Positions 58,201-64,000 of a DNA stretch of 64,000 nt are shown one piece after another; within the stretch, counting starts at the first letter, position 1; each line of letters starts with the position of its first letter. The position numbers and the translations under genes are program-made. Below the pieces are notes generated by a model. It saw only the letters and a program-made list of their open reading frames with translations, was not told the DNA's origin and did no database searches. This DNA comes from Lingula anatina (taxonomy: Eukaryota > Animalia > Brachiopoda): contig CM120640.1 of NCBI GenBank assembly GCA_051362555.1, positions 13,764,001 through 13,828,000 on the forward strand, written 5' to 3'.

Positions 58201-60529
58201 GGATAAATGGCTATTTAACATGAAAATGTGACAAAGTTGAGAAAATCTAAAGATTAGTTTGTAAAATTTCAACTTTTATGAAGTTCCTACTTGATTTTGA
58301 TGATTGTTGTTACAGAAATATAATAAGGTGTTGATAATTTTAGGAGCCTCTGCTAAACTACACATATGACGTGTTTCTGTATGACCAGGCTCAAAGTTGT
58401 GAGGATTTTTCCTTTCAGGTGAGAATTTTGTTGTGGAACACATTTGATTTGGTTATTGTATTCCAGGGTTTTAGATCTGTTAGGTCTGTTTAATTCACAT
58501 TGATCAAGTTGACTTTTAGTAATACAGGATCAATTATAGTTCATATAATACAGACACCAGCCAGTACAGAATTCAGATCAGCCATGCCTCCAAATATATG
58601 TGAGTGATTAGAATACAAAACACTGTTTTTAATTTTTTATTTTTTTGTGATTTCATCACTCTGTTTTTTTCTATATAATATTTTGACAGGCTAAAAGTCT
58701 TGGGAAATTTCTAGTATCTTTCCATCCCCATCTCCTCTTGATTCTTTGTTTCTTGCAGATATTTTATTTCATCAGTGCTGGTTGCGTGGTGGTGGTAGGT
58801 TTCTTGGTCCCAGCAGCCATTGCATTCATTACATTGTGCCTTAGAAAGTGGGATTCATTGAACAAAAACATGGTCAAGGATGGGTAAGTGACTTTAAAAA
58901 TTTTTGTAAAAAATATTGCTGCTCAAGAATTGGTCATAGGTTCTAAAAAGTTGCATGTTAATTGCACACAAGATGTATTGGAAAATCTGATAGAGATTTG
59001 ATTTTTTAATGTAAAACATTGTGAAAAAACTTCTTGCACTCTTTTTTGTTTTTCTTTTATGTGACAATTTATGTTTAAATGATACTTGGGTTTACAATTC
59101 AGTGGAAATGTTTTTTTTTCCTGACAGATATGTTTATGAGGCTTACAGCAGGACCTTCTGTTTTTGGGAAAGTGTTCCATTCTTTAGGAAGCTAATGTGC
59201 ATTATGATAACAGATGTCAATCCTGTAAAGTAAGCATATAGTGATTCCTTGTTTTGCACCCATTTTTCTCTTTAACTCTTCATCAGCTATATTACATTTT
59301 CCTTGGAAAATGTTATTAATTGCATAAAAGAATATGAGTGGAGTAGGTAAATAGGCAATCTCCAATATTTTGTTAACAGATATAAAATTATGATTTCTTT
59401 CACAGGCCATTTATTCAAGCCATTGTCCATTTATCTTTGACATTGGCCTACACAATAACTGTAATTGCTGGACGGCCATACAGGTGGGTATGTGTTAGGT
59501 TAGATGCCTTTTCTTGAGGCAGATCTAGAATAAAGTGCTAGTGGTTTAAACTAATTTGTAATAAAAATAGAGAAGAGATCACAGCAGATTTGAGTATATA
59601 TACACAGTCACTTGAGCAAAAATTAACATCTGTATTTTATGACATTGAAAAAAGGTCTGTGTTTTGAATGAATTGTTTATATATTATTGTTATTCAGGGG
59701 ATGTAGGTGGACGTTTTCTTCACAGCTAAGAATTGTAGAAATTCACAACGGTTTTGAGGTACAATTTAATACAAGCATGTTGTTGTAATAATCAAGTAAT
59801 AGATGTTATTCAGACCTCTCTCTCAGCGATTTTTGGTGTTTTCCAGCAAACATATATATTAAGGAAGTAAGAAGGGAGAGCACCAATTTTGAAACAAAAG
59901 TACAATTTTTCATGGTTAATTATTCCAAGGTTGATGTTTTACTTAATATTCTTATAATGAATAACATTACTTATTTAATTTCAGATTTTTTCAAACATGG
60001 CCGTTGCACTTCTCCAGCTGTATCCTGTGCTGCAGCTGACAGGCCTGCTGCCCCTGTACTATGATGTGTGTGTTGTTACAGTGAGTGTACTGGTGCTGGT
60101 TGTCTGGGTGTGCATGCTGGCACTTGTTTCATTTGAAGAAAAAATGGAAGAGGTATGTTAGAATATCTGTCCCCTTTCTAAATTCATTAAGTAAAAAAAT
60201 GCATAAAATTTTGAAAATTTCTTGGAAAGTTGAATATTGCTATGTTTTTGTCTTTCAAAACTGGTATGATAAGATATCACTGGATCTGGATTTATTCTGA
60301 AATCTTGGTAACTGTTAGTACAAACTATATGAAACAGCAATGATCTAATTCTGCCATCAATTTTTTTATTTTATGTAATCTATAAAATTTGTAGGCAGAA
60401 GTATATGAGATCCCCCCTCAAGATGTCCAACCATCTAGAAAACCATTTGAGTTTTGGAAAAGAAATAAAGCTGGAGAAGTGGTCACACTGACAGAACTGC
60501 AACAGAGGGAGAGGGCATTGGACTTCTGA
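55280..60529 (+). CDS. Uncharacterised signal-peptide, Cys-rich ectodomain, multipass (about 8-9 TM) membrane protein
   Basis: 13 phase-consistent exons: 55280-55409, 55618-55731 (CKPGTTGLTCEQC), 56166-56299 (GYHRLGCACVLC+TM), 56771-56903 (KIAWP), 57649-57758, 57966-58127 (IFYTPL..KSFAC), 58344-58418, 58759-58883, 59128-59229 (YVYEAY..FWESVPFFRK), 59406-59483 (Q..RPY), 59698-59758 (NGFE), 59985-60152, 60395-60529 (TGA). The ATG lies in an AAGATGGCGGC (YY1/Kozak-like) context. Confidence 0.8.
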
Positions 60530-62576
60530 TTGAGAAAAAGTAAATTATGTTATGATGGAGACAGTAGAACTAGGTAGCCTTGGGTCACTCTAGTCTCTTC
60601 TAGGCCTGAAAGTCTTGAAATTGGTTTATTTTAGCCGGTCATCTCTGGAGTCAGATATCACTTTAGTTTTTATGTACGGACACTGTCAGCATCATCACTG
60701 TCCAATATATCCCTTTAGACTTTTTTAATGGCTGTTATTAATTTTTAACATATACATATGTTGGTGAAGTTTGCCCCAAAAGTTAATTTTTTTTTTCAAA
60801 TTTGACGAGTCGCTATTTGGTAACAAATGCATTTTCTGAGAAAATCAGCATGATCAGATGTATTTAAAATTTATATTGTGACTTGATGGTTAAAGAGATA
60901 ATAACTCTTAGTTTTGGCCAAAAAATGAATTTTCCTGGAGTAAACAACAATTTTCCCATACTAACCAATGGTTAATGAATCCATTTTTACATTCGAAGTT
61001 AGTCCCTGGTTTTTTTCTAAAAAGTTTGGTTTTTTGTTAAAATCTCTTAAGAGATTATTACATAGTACAGTCATCAGTGGAGGTCGCGTGATCTGAAGAC
61101 AAGCTCAGATATCAGAATAATAGCTATAACTGCTGTTTTTGTCATAAAACAGAATATATTATATTTCTATGAGTTATTCACAATGTTTTTATTGTGAAAT
61201 ATAGATCTCATACGAAGAGTTATTATCCCTTTAAATATTTTGCTGTTTAGTGTCTGTTTATTTGCAAGCTTTGCTGTATACTTATTGGTAAGCATAGATG
61301 TCTCTGTGACAATAACTCTTTATTGAAATTGCTTTCCATGGAGTGTACAGATTTTTCCAACTATCCTATCTATTAATATAAATTTAATACTGATTAAAAC
61401 ACATCAAATAAGCATACAAAATACCAATTGTTAATGGTACTTTTCAATTGATAATAATTGTGGAAAAACAATAATGCAATACAGTTAATAGGTCACCATT
61501 CATAATTCATTCCTGTACATGCAAGTTTTCATTGTGTACACAGGAATGCAGAAATCCCCACATTCTAGAATTGTAAAATAACTTACATGCTGGTCTTTAG
61601 GGGAATAGAATACTCCATAGGGACCAGAATTAACACTTTATCCAATTGCACAAACCTAAACAATATTTATAATGATGACATTTATTAAAAGTGAAAAGTA
61701 AGTACTTTTTCTAAGTGTGATGTAGTTTATATTAATGATATCAAAAACAATTGACATCTAAATAAAATCAAATATACTAGCTCACAGAACAACATTCAGT
61801 GTCACATTCACCACATCTACAAGTATAAATAGCTTATACACACTATATAGAAAAGGAAATGTTTCTAATTTATTTTTAAGAACAAATTATCAATAAATAT
61901 TAAAATCTATATACAGTATGCACCAGAGCAACAAACAATCTACTTAAAACTGCATACAGTTAAAATGAAGTAAACAAATTAAATAAGCTAATACATGCAA
62001 TTTCACATTCACCATGCACAAGCTATCACACCTGACTACATACACCCAATCACCACTGCTTAGGAACTCTAACATGAAAACTGGCAACAAAAATTTCATC
62101 TAAAATTAATAAAAATGGCAAAGAATCTGATCAATCTGGCATTCCCTTCATTACCTTAAAATACTATCACTGATGACAAAAACTGTCAAATGAGTTGGTT
62201 GCACATAAGAACTCATAATGTACTTATCTAAATGAAGTATAAAATATTTTCACAACTGCAACCTCTGGATCAAATTTCATATACACCAGGTAGTAATCTG
62301 CATTTAAAAGTACATAAAAATAATATCAAATTCACAACAGGTGTGAAACAAGGAAAAAGTGTCTCTATGAAGGACTTAAAATCATAACAGTACACACAAC
62401 TGTGTAAAAAAAATTAAAACTTCAATCTGTTGGCAATTGAAAGTTTCTTTAAATAGCAAATAAATACTTCAAAAAGTATTGATTTTTCATAATAAATAGA
62501 TCTGTCCAACCGAAATAATTTCCAATGCAGGTCTAATATTAGTATTGTATCATTAACATAAATAACCCAGTTTCAT

Positions 62577-64000
62577 TCACAGTACCACCCTGGTCTTGAA
62601 GTAAGAGTCAGCATAGTGGCCACCTATACCCTGTGAGTGTTGACCTATATAAGGGCCAGGAGGACTGGCCTCTGGTGAAGGAAGCAGGTGGAGAGCGCGT
62701 CTTTTGGCTGCTACTGGTGTCTCTATAGGTGTCACTGCAGACTGAAAATATGAACAGTTTAATTTAACACAAGAAGTACAAAAAAGAAAAAAATAACAAC
62801 CAAACACTTCTTATTGCTACTAGATCAGGAATGTTTTATATTACAAACCACACAGAAACTATTAGCAAAATCCTGATTTTTTTAAAATTCTGCCATATTT
62901 CCATAAAGGAAAAAAGATTTATGTCTTACCCGCTTCAGGCCAACCCTCTCCACTTCACTTGGTGTCTGTTCTGGTACACCAGGAACCTGCCCCATACCTG
63001 CATTTGAACCTCCCAGAATGCATCCAACCTGAACTTTTCTCCTGCTTCTTGTCCTTGGTCTGGTGATGGTCTTATTAGTCTGAAAGAGGACGGTGCAACA
63101 AAAACTGATTACTGAGCAAGCATTATATGTTTGAGTTCACTTCTGTTTTTGAAAGCTCACAGAGTTCATTTTCAACTAACAATAATAATCATAATTATTA
63201 TTATTATTTTGTAACACCAACTATTGGGTTCATGTATTATTTTCATAAAATTATTTGATACCTGTTCATCAGGTTTTAGGTTCTCCACTTCTACTGGTTG
63301 AATGCTCTGTTTTTCTGGGTCAGAATTTTCATCATTCCAAAGTCTTCTGTCAGTTACAGTAGATTTTACAGGCCTGTAAAAATGCATTAAATTACAGAAA
63401 CAATTTATTTTAACACCCAAAACTTCAAAAGTGGTCCAAAAAATTTAAAGTTAAGCAAAAATACAGTCTGGTAGTTATGGGGCATACAAATGTGTCTGAT
63501 AGATACAATGACCACATGGACACTGTTCTTGATATGAATATGAAAAAGCATTCTTGCTGTATTATATTGAAAATGTTACGCTAAATGTCTTGTTTTTATA
63601 GTTATTTTCTTACCTTACTGCTTTTCCAATTTTTCTGATTGGCACCAAGTTGTCTGTTTGTTGCAAAATTGCCCCCAATTGCAAAACATCTCCCACATTG
63701 TCCAAATCCGACAAATCATGCCGAGTTTTAAAATCCTCTTTTTGTGGCCTGGTCAGTTCATTTTTGACAACAGGAACTGCTTGCTGTACATTTTGCAAAT
63801 CCTTACACTTGTCATGGAAAGGAAGTTGTTTTTGTCTACTTCTCAGATTGTAACGCACATGTGCATTCTGCAGTTGATTTGGCTGACTGATATTTGGCTG
63901 TTGATACTGAAACATGTTACTGTTTGAACTGTACACAGCACCAAATTGCCTCTGTCCTCCATTAACCTTTTGTGCTGGCTGACAATTGTTAAGATTATCA
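62577..64000 (-). CDS. 3' end of an unidentified protein-coding gene (low-complexity C-terminus ending LPSPEASPPGPYIGQHSQGIGGHYADSYFKTRVVL)
   Basis: Phase-consistent exons >64000-63614, 63373-63262, 63079-62930, 62741-62577 (TGA); convergent with the membrane-protein gene. Confidence 0.7.

Noticed and set aside
59813-59870. Candidate extra exon in the membrane-protein gene
   Set aside because: The frame I tested contains a stop, and 59698-59758 already joins the flanking exons in phase.

Overview
AT-rich, intron-rich eukaryotic DNA, probably from an invertebrate animal (a lophotrochozoan/mollusc-like origin is inference). I assembled eight spliced protein-coding genes by hand from GT-AG exons. 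From left to right: (1) a glucokinase regulatory protein (GCKR)-like SIS-domain gene (minus, runs off the left edge), head-to-head with (2) a complete Src42A/FRK-type tyrosine kinase; (3) THOC1 (minus), head-to-head with (4) the PAPS transporter SLC35B3; (5, 6) two tandem small secreted PAN/apple-domain genes; (7) a 13-exon signal-peptide + Cys-rich + multipass membrane protein; and (8) the 3' end of an unidentified minus-strand gene. DNA transposon material is abundant: Harbinger remnants and MITEs, nested CAGGG-ended MITEs with 5-bp and 6-bp TSDs, a MULE relic and a pogo DD35D element. The most striking observation is that the pogo transposase carries an in-frame OTU-like cysteine protease (deubiquitinase) domain and also contains a 26-bp insertion resembling a P-element excision footprint. 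Exon coordinates were read manually and may be off by a few bases.
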